64,000 nt of DNA from Camelus dromedarius. Lineage: Eukaryota. Shown here piece after piece: positions 25,620 through 37,738 of the stretch. Each line of letters opens with the position of its first letter. Position 1 is the first letter of the stretch. The stretch lies in NCBI RefSeq assembly GCF_036321535.1, contig NC_087472.1, forward strand, positions 2,108,001 through 2,172,000, written 5' to 3'. The translations under genes were made by a program, and so were the position numbers. Under the pieces are notes generated by a model, which was not told the DNA's origin, did not search any database, and was given only the letters and a program-made list of their open reading frames with translations.

Positions 25620-26289
25620 TTTCGTTGAAAGTTTCAGCTGAGTCTGGCCTCTGCTGTGGGCGTTTGAAGGAAGGGTCTACTGGGGATGGGGGTAGGGGGA
25701 GGTGACAGTGGCCTGGGACCTCGAGTCAGCACTGGAGTATGGTTAGAGCAGGGTCCAAGAGGGTCTGTGTGGTACCCTGGGCTGGACGGAGCCAGGTGAC
25801 AGGACTTGTGGGCATGCCCAGTGGTTGGCTGGGTCCCAGGAAACTGGGGGAGCCCCCAGGAATAAGTGGTTGCACGTTGGTTGGGGGGGACCGCAGGCAG
25901 GACCCGAAGCCACAGGATCCCTGGTAGCACTGTGTGTTTTCCTTCAGGGAGGTCACGTGTGCAGTCCCAAGGACCAGCCGGCCACAGAAGGGTCCAGGCG
26001 TGAGGTCAGAAGCCCCTGCCAGGACCTCAGTGCAGGACTGCGGGGTGGGGGGGTTTGTCAACCTGCCTGTGATCAGTCCACCTCTGCTTGACAACAAATG
26101 ACCAGCCCTCTCTGTGCACGTGCACAAATCAGGTGGCTCCCAGGTCTCTTTGGGGTACAGGGACCTAGAGCCCATCTCTGGGTAATAAATTGCCAAGTCT
26201 GATTCCCTTTTTCTCAGTAATTCCTGCTTGCTTTCATCTCTCTCTCCTTGAATTTTACTCTAAGCAACAGTGAGGATCCAAGCCACATC

Positions 26290-26600
26290 ACTCAGAAATC
26301 TCTTCTGCTAAATGTCCAATCGTATTGCTTGAAAATTCTCTTTCCAGGAAACACTGGGCCACAATTCGACTAAGTTTTTTGCCCCTTTATAACAAACATC
26401 TCCTTTCCTTTAGTACTCAATAACTTCTTCCTCCTTTTGGTCTGAGAAATCACCAGAATGACCTTTACCATCCATATTTCTGCCAACATTTTATCATGAT
26501 TATTTATGTATTCCCAAAGAAGATATTTGCTTTCTCTCCCGCTCTCCTTTTTCATTGTGAACCCTCACCAGAATCACCTTTAGCGTCCATATTTCTATGA
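26290..26600. mobile_element. MaLR (MLT1/MST-like) LTR fragment
   Basis: gacctttaccatccatatttctgccaacatttt and ccctcaccagaatcacctttagcgtccatatttcta are MLT1-type motifs. Confidence 0.5.
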
Positions 26601-26619
26601 CCATTCATAGGTGGGCCCC

Positions 26620-28462
26620 CATGGAAATGTAATATTTACCTCCGCCCAGGTTCCCACAGTGAATATCTGAGAAAAATCCCTTTGCTTTTCTGGCAGGGGT
26701 AGGGCAAAAGGAATACTTTTCAAATAGCCAGAGCGCTCTGCTCTTCTTAACAAGCCCATTCCTCATCTGCTGGTGTATTATGAGAGTCTATCTGACCTAG
26801 AGGGAAAGGAAATACCCAAGTCCAGCCCACTCTAGCCATTCTGTCTCACTGAAAGGGGAAAAATATTACCTGATAAGCACTGAAGTTCACAGTGCAGATG
26901 CACAGGTTTGCTAAAAGACTGAGACCTAATCATAGGACTGTAGAATACTTCCCTTCCCCTCACACCTCACCACCATATTAGTAAAGGCCTGTTTAGAATA
27001 GTTCCTTTTACCCAGTACATCATGCCTCGATATCCAGAAAAATTTACAAGACATACCNNNNNNNNNNNNNNNNNNNNNNNNNNNNNNNNNNNNNNNNNNN
27101 NNNNNNNNNNNNNNNNNNNNNNNNNNNNNNNNNNNNNNNNNNNNNNNNNNNNNNNNNNNNNNNNNNNNNNNNNNNNNNNNNNNNNNNNNNNAAGTAGACA
27201 GCATGCAGTTCAGATAGGCAATGTGAGCAGAGAGGTGGAAATTTTGAGAAAGAATCAAAAAGAAATGCTGGAAATGAAAAACACTGTAAAAAAATTAAGA
27301 CTGCCTTTGATGGGATTACTAGTAGACAGGACACTGTTGAGAAAAGAATCTCTGAGCTTGAGACTATCTCAGTAGAAACTCACAAACTGGTAGCCAACAG
27401 GAAAAAGATTTTTAAAGACCCAGAATATTCAGGAACTGTGGCATGACTACAAAAGGCGTAACATATACCTAATGGGAATACCAGAAGGAGAAGAAAAAGA
27501 AGAAGGAATAGAAGAAAGCTTTGAAAAACTAATGACCAAGAATTTTTCCAGATTGATGTCAAGGCACCAAACCACAGATCCAGGAAACTCATAGAACATC
27601 AAGCAGGATAAAGGTAAAACAAACAAACAAAACAAAACCACACCTAGGCATATCATTTTTAAATTACCTGAAATCAAATATGAAGACACAATTCTGAAAG
27701 AAGCCAGAGGAAAAAGAACACTTAATCCACAGAAGAGGAAACGTAAGAATCACATCTCACTTTTCCTCAGAAACCATGCATGCAAGAAGACAGTGGAGTG
27801 AAATTAAATAAAGTGTTGAGATAAAGAAATTCCATCAACCTAGAATTCTGTACCCTATCCAGTTCTCTTTCAAAAGTGAAGGAGAAATAAAGACTCTCTC
27901 TCTCAAACAAAAATTGAGGGAATTTGTTCCCAGTAGACCTGCCTTGAAGAGATGTTAAATAAAGTTATTTACAGAGAAGGAAAATGGGTTAAACACTTGG
28001 AGCTAAACTAAAAAGCACTGGAGCATAAAGACCACTGGGGAAAGAATACGTGAAAGTAAAATTTTAAAACCTAAAATTTTCTTATTCTTAATTTATCTAA
28101 CAGATAACAGTTTGTTCAAAATAATAATAGCAGCAAAGTATTTGATTATACATATGTGCTTATGTATAAGTGAAAAGATTTGTCAGCTACGATACAGGAT
28201 GGAGGAAGTAAGATTATTTTGTTGTTATAAGCTACTCATGCTACCCATAGTGATTTAGTGTAATTAGAAAGTGGACTTGGATTAGTTGCAAATGTGTATT
28301 AAAAACTGCAGGGCTACCATTTAAAAAAAGTTTTTTAAAAGTATAAATGATATTCTAAGAAAGGAGAGAAAACTGAATGATATAAAGGAAACAATTAAAA
28401 CCACAATAAGAAGAAAAGAGTAGGAGACAGAAACAGGAACAAAGAACAAAGGCAAGAAATAG

Positions 28463-28501
<39 letters not shown>

Positions 28502-29022
28502 TAGATATTAATCCAACCATGTCAGTAATCACTTTGAACATCAAAGGTCTAAATCCACCTATTGAAAGACAGAGATAGTCAGAGTGGACAAAAAGAAGAC
28601 CCAAGTATATGTTGTCTACAAGAAATTCACTTTAAATGTAAAGACACATATAGATTAAAGGTAAATGGATAGAGAATGATAAACCATACTAACATTTAAT
28701 CAAAGGAAAGCAAGACCGGCTTTATTAACTTCAGACGGTGGAGACTTCAGATCAAAGAAAGCTATTAGGGATGAAGAAAGGCGTCACATAAAGATAAAGG
28801 CATTAATTCTCCATGAAGGGATAACAATCCTTAATGTGTATGCACCTAACAAAAGGGCATCAAACTATGTGGGACAAAAACTAATAGAATAGCAAGGAAA
28901 AATAGATGAATCCACTATTATGTTCATAGCAGCATTATTTACAGTTGCCAAGATACGGAAATAACCTAAGAGTCCATAAATAAATGAATGGATAAAGAAG
29001 AAGTGGTATACACACACACACA

Positions 29023-29056
<34 letters not shown>

Positions 29057-30975
29057 GGAATACTACTCAGCTACAAAAAAGAATGAAATTTTGCCATTTT
29101 CAGCAACATGATTGGACTTGGAGGGCATTATGCTAAGCGATATAAGCCAGAGAGAGAAAGACAAATACTGTACAATGTGACATATGTGCAATTTTAAAAA
29201 TACAACAAACAACTGAATATAATAAAAAAAAAAAAGCAGACTCACAGATATACAGAACAAAGTAGTGGTTACCAGTGGGGAGAGGGAAGAGAGAAGGGAT
29301 AACATAGGGGTGAGGATTAAGATGTACAAAACTATTATGTATAAAATAAGCTATAAGTATATACTATACAACACAGGGAATATAGCAAATATTTTATAGT
29401 AACTATAAATGGAGTATAAACTTTAAAAATCGTGAATCACTACATTGTACATCTGTAACTTATACAATATTATACATCAGCTATGCTTCAATTAAAAAAT
29501 TAATTAATGTAATTCATCTCATTAATAGGCTAAAAAACATCACAAGATCATATCAACGCAGAATAAACATTTGAAAAACCCAACACCCACGCATGATAAA
29601 AATTCTGAGTAAAGGAGGACCAGAGTCGACCATCCTCAACTTGATTAAAAAACTCTACAAAAAACCTACAGCTAAAATCATATTTAATGGTGAGAAAATT
29701 GAAGCTTTCCTACCAAGATCAGGAACAAAGGAAGGATGTTCCCTCTCAAGACTCCTTGAAAACATAGTATGGAAGTTCTGGCTAATGTAATAAGACTAGA
29801 AAAGGAAATAAAAGGTATAAAGACTGGGAAGAAAGAAATAAAATTGTCTTTATTCATAGAAGACACGTTTGTCTATGTAGATAATATGAAAGAATCAACA
29901 ATTTAAAAACTCCTGGAACTAGTAAGCAATTATAAGAAGGTTGTAGGTTACAAAGTTAATATACAAATGTAAACAATTCCCTTAGATAACAACAATAAAC
30001 AAGTAAAATTTAAAATTAAGACACAATGCAATTTACATTAGCACTCTATAAAAAATGAAATACTTGGGTATAAATCTAACAAAATATACACATGATATAT
30101 ATAGGAAGCTACAAAGCTCTGATGAACAAACTCAAAAAGCTAAATGGAGAAATATTCTACATCTATGGATAACATGACTCAACATTGTCTTCCAAAGTGT
30201 TTGGAAGGTTTCCTACAAAACTACACATACTCCTACAATACAACCCAACAATCACAGTCTTTGCATTTACCCAAAGGAGCTGAAGACTAAAATCACAAAA
30301 ATCTGCAAATGGATGGTTATTGTGGCCTTATTCATAATTGCCCAAACTTGGAAGTAACAAAGATGTTCTTTAGTGAGTGAACGCATACATAAACTGTGGT
30401 ACATCCAGTCAATAGAATATTATTCAGGACTGAAAAGAAATGAGCCACTGAGCCATGAAGTGACATGGAGGAAACTTCCATGCATATTATTAAGTAAAAG
30501 AAGCCAATCTGAAGAGGCTACATACTGTATGATTCCAATTATATGACATTTTGGAAAAGCTAAAACTATGGAGTCTTTGGGAAAAAAAAAATCAGTGCTG
30601 TCGGGAGTTGAGGCAGGGTTGGGGGGCAGATGAATAGGCTGAGCAGAGAGAACTTTTAGGGCAGTGAAAGTGCTCTGTGTGATACAATAATGATGGGTAC
30701 ATGTCATACATTTGCCCAAACCCACAGAATATACAACATCAGAGTGAACCTGAATGTCAACCATTACCTTTGACTCTTTATGAGGTTTCAGTATAGGTTG
30801 ATCAGTTGTAGCAAATGTACCACTCTGGTGTGGGATGTTGATATTGGGGAAGGCTATGCGTGTGTGGGAGCTGGGGCTACATGGGAAACCTCCGTACTTT
30901 CCTCTTAATTTTGATGTGAACCTAAAATTTCTGTTTAAGCAATGCCTTAATAAAAATAAATAAATGAATAAATAA
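26620..30975 (+). mobile_element. Old L1 (L1MB/MC-like) with 5' region, ORF1 and ORF2 remnants and 3' tail; internally deleted
   Basis: ORF1-like peptides (VSREVEILRKNQKEMLEMKNTVK), endonuclease start at ~28500 (INPTMSVITLNIKGLN), RT-like IFNGEKIEAFLPRSGTKEGC at ~29680, A-rich tail at ~30950. Confidence 0.85.
28921..29497 (+). mobile_element. Younger L1 3' end nested in the older L1, containing a (CA)n microsatellite at ~29008-29053
   Basis: Abrupt switch from endonuclease-region sequence to L1 3' UTR, ending atgcttcaattaaaaaa, after which the host ORF2 resumes. Confidence 0.75.
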
Positions 30976-30999
30976 AAATAATAATTTAACTCACTTTAG

Positions 31000-33600
31000 T
31001 TTTTGTACGTATGTTGAAAAAAGTCTAATAACTAAATAATAGTGATAGCTTCAACTTGTCACAAACTTAAGCAATACATACAAAGCTATATAAAACCATC
31101 TGTGTGATACAGCCCAAGTGATACTCAGAGGGAAATACATAGAATTAGAAGGTAAGAAATAATGAATATAAATGCAGAAATAGTGAAATGGAAAACAGTA
31201 GAGCTGAATAACAAAAGCCAGTTCTTTCAAAATACTCATGAAGTAGAATTTTTTTTGCAAATATGCCCAATTATTAATGAAAAAAGCAAACAATATAAGT
31301 TAAATAAATTGTACAAAATACAAATGCAGAGGAGATTTAAATATTGTAAGCAAACACTACAAATATGTGATACCTTTCCCTCAGTATAACCAAATGGTGG
31401 ATGTGGTCAAGGAAAAGTTTCTACATACAGAAGTTTTTCAGCTAATAAACAAAGCAAGAAAGAAAGAGAGAATGAGAGCATTGCCATTCAGCAACGCCAT
31501 AATGGATTTGTGGGTAAAGGTGATGATCATCAATGACTGCCAGCATCAGCACAGAGAGAGACAACCAGACACTATTGTCCCTCCTACTGGAAGTACACAG
31601 CATCACCTATGCAGTGGTCTTGTAAAACAGCAACAATAAAACAAACACACAGCACCTCAGTCCGATCAAGCTTATACCTATAATCACTACTTTAACGAAA
31701 TACAAGAGGCTGGAAGACATGTTAAAGGGCACCGAAATGTTACTTTCACTAAGATCTGCACTATGAGGTACTGGACAGAACACGAGACCTGTTTTTTCCC
31801 CTACCAAAAAAAATTTAAGGAAAAAGACGTGACGTGAAAGGAATTCACAGATTTTTAAGACTTGAGGAACATAATGAATAACCACAAGGTGTGGACCATA
31901 TTTGGACACCAATTCAAGTTTCTGAAAACGTATAAGGCTCTCAGGTAAATGTGAAAAAAACTGGACATCTGATGATATGAATGACATTTAATTTTTTGAA
32001 GTGGTAATTGTATTGGGTTTATGGTTTATTAAAAAGAAGTCCTTATCTTTTAGAAATGCATATTGAAATATTTAGACATAAAATGATGTGATGTCTTGGG
32101 TCTGTGTCCCATTATTCCAGAGACTGAGATGTGGGCTAGGTGGGGAAATAACTGGAGCCAGGTTGCCACGTATTTAAGGTTTTTCATGCTCAGTGATAGG
32201 TATATTGGGTTTATTTTGTATTCTCTCTACTATTGTATATGTTTTAATCTTTCTGTAAGAAAACATTTCCTTATAACTATCATGTAATTAAACTTGAAAT
32301 CCTAAGTCATCACTCTTTAGGAAAAAAAGTGACCAAGTTACCCATACAGTAATAGAAAACCTTAACCCCAAAATACAAACTGAAACTGTATTTAAAGCTC
32401 AAGTCACCATCAAATGTTCCAGGACAGGTACTTTTTGGAGACCAGTTCTACCAAATGGTCAGGGCACACTCATCACCATCTTATGCCAACTCTTCCAAAC
32501 ACGTGAAAAGACGCACAATTATTCAACTCTTTCTCCCAGGCTAGCTATCATTCAAAAATATATATGTGTGTGTGTATATATACATATGCATATATATGCA
32601 TGACTGGGGCATTATGCTGTACATCAGAAATTGACATATTGTAACTGACTGTACTTCAATAAAAATAATTTAAAAAAACTAGATGTGAGCATGCCACAAG
32701 AAGAATGCATGCGCCAAGTTCATTCAAACAGCAAATATCCTAAATAAATAGCACATTCAACAAGTCAGTGAATTAAACCAACAGTCTGTGTCTGAGGAAT
32801 GAAAATATGATTTAATATTTGAAAATATCTTCAATGGTAATTCCTAACAGGTCAGAGGAAATTTTTAAAAATTTGATCACATCAATGGGTTAAGAAAGTC
32901 TTTTAAAGGAATTCAGGACGAGTTCAAACTAAGATGAGAAAGAACTTCCATTTCCTAAAATAGACAATAAACACATACTTACATGTGAACTATTAGAAGC
33001 ATTCCCGTTAGTCAAGAACTACACAGAGATAAATATTCTCACTTCTACCATTCACAACTGTACTGGAACACAAAGCCAGAGCTGTGGATGTCACATGAAT
33101 AAGATGTATAAATATTGAAAAGAGACAGTGTTGGCTAACAATCTGGTCATCTATTTTAAAAACTCAAAGCAGTAGGCACATTGGATACTCAAGTGAATGA
33201 GACTTCACCTAGTGTAAGGAAGATCATTATAGCAAAATACAGAGTTCTGTCACACAACTAATACTAACTAATTAGAACATGTAACAGAAAATACCTCATT
33301 CAAAACAGCAACAAGATCCAAAAATTACCTATGAAGCAGCCTGATGAAAACGAGCAAGATCCATGTAACTATACATAAAATTGTATAACGATGTATAATA
33401 ACGTGTATTATATATATATATAGGATCCAGATAATATATGGCTACATAGTTTTATATAGCTATATAAATACATATCAGAATACAAGTAAACTATGCAAGT
33501 TTACTGATGGATTCAGGTAGCAGAAGTCCCAAATAAATGGAGCAGTGTATCATACTCATCGATGGGGACCAGAATACACCAGTTCTGCTTAAGTGATATA
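31000..33600 (+). mobile_element. Highly degraded L1 fragments, including a short L1 tail at ~32570-32680
   Basis: A-rich L1-like sequence. The tail atgactggggcattatgctgtacatcagaaattgacatattgtaactgactgtacttcaataaaaa resembles camelid L1 ends (recollection, tentative). Confidence 0.5.
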
Positions 33601-35785
33601 CAGATTTAGTGCCTTCTCTGTAGCTACCAAGATGACAGTCAAGCTCAGACTGCTGACTTCTGCTCCCCAAATTAAACCTGGAAAACTATAGGAAAAAGCA
33701 GGGGGGAAAAACCAACAACAAAATCTAAACAACAAAGCATGAGAAAGCCCTAGGGGAGACTGCTGACTGTGGGGAGCTGGTTCTTGTGTTTGTGGTGGGG
33801 GAGCGGGGAGCAGCAGGGAAGTGGGGGGTTGCTGTGGGCTGCACAGATGCAGATGGCAGGACGGGTAGGGGAAATGCTTCAGCTTCTTTCCTGCTTCACC
33901 GCACACATCTGAGCCAGGCTCTCACACCACACATGCCAGTAGCCCTGGGGAAATATCAGACAGCAGGAAAGATGGTGCTGACTGAGGCATACGATTCTGG
34001 AATCTGTGCTATCTACAGCCATCTGAAACTACCTTTAGTGGGTGAGGACAGGTCAGCCAAAAATTATTAGAGAATGTACAGAATGGATGAAAAATAGAAT
34101 GACGAGGGACCCACAGACAGTAAGGGCAGGTATTCTTTCATGAAATTACCTATATATACACACACATACACAAATATATATTCTAAAAATAGGCTTGGGA
34201 GAGATATAAAATGTATTGTTTACTAGAAATAAGGGTTCAGAAAACAAAAACTATTGCGCTAGACAATGTAAAGTTAGATAAACTCAAAACAGCAGGGCCT
34301 CCCCAAATCCCACTGCTCAGCTTCCTCCAGGTAGAGAAGAAACCTGGCAGAACAGACCGTCTCCGAAGTCAGGCTGGCTGGCCAGGAGCCCCCGACACAA
34401 TGTGTGTTGCAATCTGCTCCCCGACGGTCACGGACACGGGCTGGCAGCTGCCCTCCAGGATCTTTGCTGGGACTGCAGCCTCTGTCTGAGAAGGGTGGGT
34501 GAGGACTATCCTGGGTGAGGACAGAGGGTCCAACCACCCCAGGACGGAGGGTCCCTGCGAATGAAACTAGGCCCCGAGGACGAATCCTGGGGGACCCCGG
34601 GAGGGGCTATGAGGCTGAGCACAACCCCGCCCCCACCTCCTCTGCAAACTCGGAGAGTCAAAGGGTTGGTATCAGGGGCTAAGTCTCCGGTGGACTCAGG
34701 GCGGCTCCCAGGTCTTGTCAAGAGTCAAGGTGAGTACACAGGAGACTGAGGTCGCCTGGAATCCACCTCCGGACCCTCCCGACAGCCCTGGGAGACAGCC
34801 GGGCACGGGGTCCGGATGTGACAGACAATGATGACCCCTCCCTGGGGGGTGAGAGAGGTGAGGGCCTGGGTGAGGGAGGCCGGCTTCAGGTCTGCACAGG
34901 GAAGGAGCCCAGCGCTGCCAGGAGTCAAGGTAGAACCGTGTGGAGGGACTCGGGTTGCAGGGAATCCAGGTCGGTTCTGCTGTCAGCCCTGGGAGACCGC
35001 AGGCAGGGTTGCGGGGATCAGTGCCCCAACCCCCACCCCCGCTTCCCTCTCGGGGGTCCTGGCTGTGGAGGGGCCTGGGTCCAAGGGGAGCAAACTGAGG
35101 TGGGCAGAGGGAGGGGCCCAGGCCCAGCCTGGAGCCCAGGTGAGGAGCAGAGGGAAGGCTGAGGGAACCCCAGGGAATCCATCTCAGCGCCTGGCGTCCA
35201 CAGTCCTGGGAAGCCCTGGGCTTGGTGGCCTGCTGTGAGTCCACAGACGCCCCTGGGGGTCTCTGGGCAGTGAGGGCCTTGGTGTGAAGGTGTGGGCTCG
35301 GCTCAACAAGGGGGCGTCCCAGGACCCGCCGGGGCTCAAGGTGAGGACCCTGACGGAGGACAGCATGGGCCCCACAGATCCCCGCCCCTGCTGTCAGCCC
35401 TGGGAGGGCCTGGGTGGGATGAGCACTCGTGGGGCCCTGACTTCCTCACACCCGGGTCTCCGAGGGACGGGGGTCCTGCGATGAGGGGCGGGGCCTCGGG
35501 TGGCCAGAGGCTAGACGACACGACGCCTAAGTGACGACCCTGAGGGAAAACTGAGGGGACCCCGAACCCGGAAAAGAGGCCATCCCACAGAAAGGGGCCC
35601 TTGCTATCAGCTGTCCGGAGGCCCGAGGGCAGGACAGGCCCCCGTGTTGTGTCGTGACTGCGGCACCCTGGTCTCACAGAGACCGGGGACTTCGTGTGAG
35701 ATGAGGGGGGGACCCTCAGATCTGCAGAGGAGAGAATCCCAGGTCCCACTGGGAGTGAAGGTGACGACCGCGAGCGAGCAGTGAG

Positions 35786-36515
35786 GGACCCTGGACCCCA
35801 AAACACAGTCGGTCCTGGGAGGCCATAGGTCGGAATAAGCACCGGCGGCATTTCCCGCCATCCGGGTCTCGGAGGGACTGGGGTCCTGGGATGAGGGGCG
35901 GGGCTTCGGGGGCTCCAAGGGGAGGCTACATGCCGCCTGAGTCAAAGTGAGGACCCCGAGGGAGAACGGAGGGATCCTGGACCCCAAGACACTGTTGGAC
36001 CTTGGAGGCCTAGGGGCAGGGTGACCACCTGCGGCGTTTCCTGCCATCCGGGTCTCGGAGGGAGTGGGGTCCTGGGATGAGGGGCGGGGCTTCGGGGGTT
36101 CCAAGGGGAGGCTACATGCCGCCTGAGTCAAAGTGAGGACCCCGAGGGAGAACGGAGGGATCCTGGACCCCAAAACAGTGTTGGACCTTGGAGGCCTAGG
36201 GGCAGGGTGACCACCAGTGGCATTTCCCGACATCCGGGTCTCAGAGGGACTGGGGTCCTGGGATGAGGGGCGGGGATTGGGGTGGCCAGAGGGGAGACCA
36301 CATGCTGCCTGAGTCAAGGTGAGGACCCCGAGGGAGAACGGACGGATCTTGCACCCCGGGACAGTGTTGGACCTTGGAGGCCTTGGGGCAGGGTGACCAC
36401 CTGCGGCGTTTCCTGCCATCCGGGTCTCAGAGGGACTGGGGTCATGGGATGAGGGGCGGGGCCTCGGTGGCTCCAAGGGGAGGCTACATGCCGCCTGAGT
36501 CAAAGTGAGGACCCT
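35786..36515 (+). repeat. 186-bp VNTR of promoter/first-exon modules, unit 1 (4 copies)
   Basis: ATGAGGGGC anchors at 35891, 36077, 36263, 36449. Confidence 0.9.
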
Positions 36516-37517
36516 CAAGCAGGAAGGAGGGGCCCCTGAACCCAGAAAAGTGGCCATCCCACAGAGAGTCACCCTTGCTTTCAGCTGTCCGGCGGCCCGA
36601 GGGGACGACAGGCCCACGTGGTTTGTCCTGACTTCCGCATTCGAGTCTCAGACAGACTGGAGACATAGTGAAAGGGAGGGGGCCTCAGGTCTGCGGAGGA
36701 GAGAATCTCAGGGCCGCCTGGGAGTGAAGGTGACAACCGCGAGTTTGCATTCAGGGACCCTGGACCCCAGAACAGAGTCAGTCCTGGGAGGCCATGGGGC
36801 GGGAGGACCTCGGGCAGCAGTTCCTGAAATGCGGGTCTCAGAGGGACTGGGGTCTTGGTATGACGGGCGGGGCCTCAGGTGGGCTGAGAGGGGAATCCCA
36901 GGTCCTGCCAGGAGTCAAGGTGACCCCGAGGGAGGAGTGAGGGACCCGAGATCCCAGAACAGAGGGGACGCAACCGATCCTGCCCCTGCTGTCAGCCCTG
37001 GGAGGCCTCAATGCGGGATGAGCACACGTGGTGTGTCCTGACTTCGGCATCCAGGGCTCAGAGAGACCAGGGACCTATTATCAGGATGGGGCCCTCAGGT
37101 GGTTGCAGAGCAGAATCCCAGGTCCCGCTTGGAGTCCCGGTGAGGACCCTGAGTTAGCGCGGACAGGACCTCCCACCCTAGAAGAGTGGGAACCTGCCAG
37201 AGCCCAGGCCTCCTGCCAGCACGCGGGTCCAGGGCTGTGCCACAGTGTAGATCCGAGGTCTCCCCTCCTTTCTCTCCCAGGGGCTCCAGACACCGGGAAG
37301 GCCTAGGTCTGAGACACGTGTTCTCGGGTCACAGAGCACAGGAGGCTGGCAGTGCCAGGACTGAAGGTGAGGTGTGGGCCCTGAGTGTGTACCCGGGGGC
37401 TCCCGGAACAGAGGGGACCCCGCGAGGCCAACGTCCACTCCACACACCCCGTGTTGCCCCCAGAACCTCGGGCTGTGCCGGCTGCACCCTGAGGAGCCGC
37501 CTCACTTCCCCCGTCAG

Positions 37518-37586
37518 GTTCACAGACGACCGTCCACCAGGAGGAGAGCCCCTGTGAGGCCGAGGGCACCCCTGAAGAGGAGACCT
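37518..37586 (+). other. MAGE-A non-coding penultimate exon (equivalents 44782-44850, 52237-52305, 59134-59202)
   Basis: TCAG|GTTCAC acceptor and ACCT|GTAAGTAG donor, then a 74-nt intron to acceptor CCCCAG|GCCCGTGGGT at 37660/37661. Same layout as human MAGE-A genes. Confidence 0.85.
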
Positions 37587-37738
37587 GTAAGTAGCCTTTG
37601 TCAGAGCCCCCCACGGTGGGTTTCTCAGCCCGGGCCACTGACACTCCCTTTCTTCCCCAGGCCCGTGGGTCCCCATCTGTCACCCCTGCCCTCGCTGCTC
37701 TCAGCTGCCCGACACCACTCACCGTGCCTCCCGTTCAG

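Noticed and set aside
35786-36515. CRISPR-like interpretation of the periodic repeats
   Set aside because: Mammalian DNA; contiguous 186-bp tandem modules with no unique spacers.
37598-37723. N-terminal extension MSEPPTVG... of the 379-aa MAGE ORFs
   Set aside because: It starts at a non-ATG codon inside the 74-nt intron and runs through 5' UTR, so it is not part of the spliced CDS.
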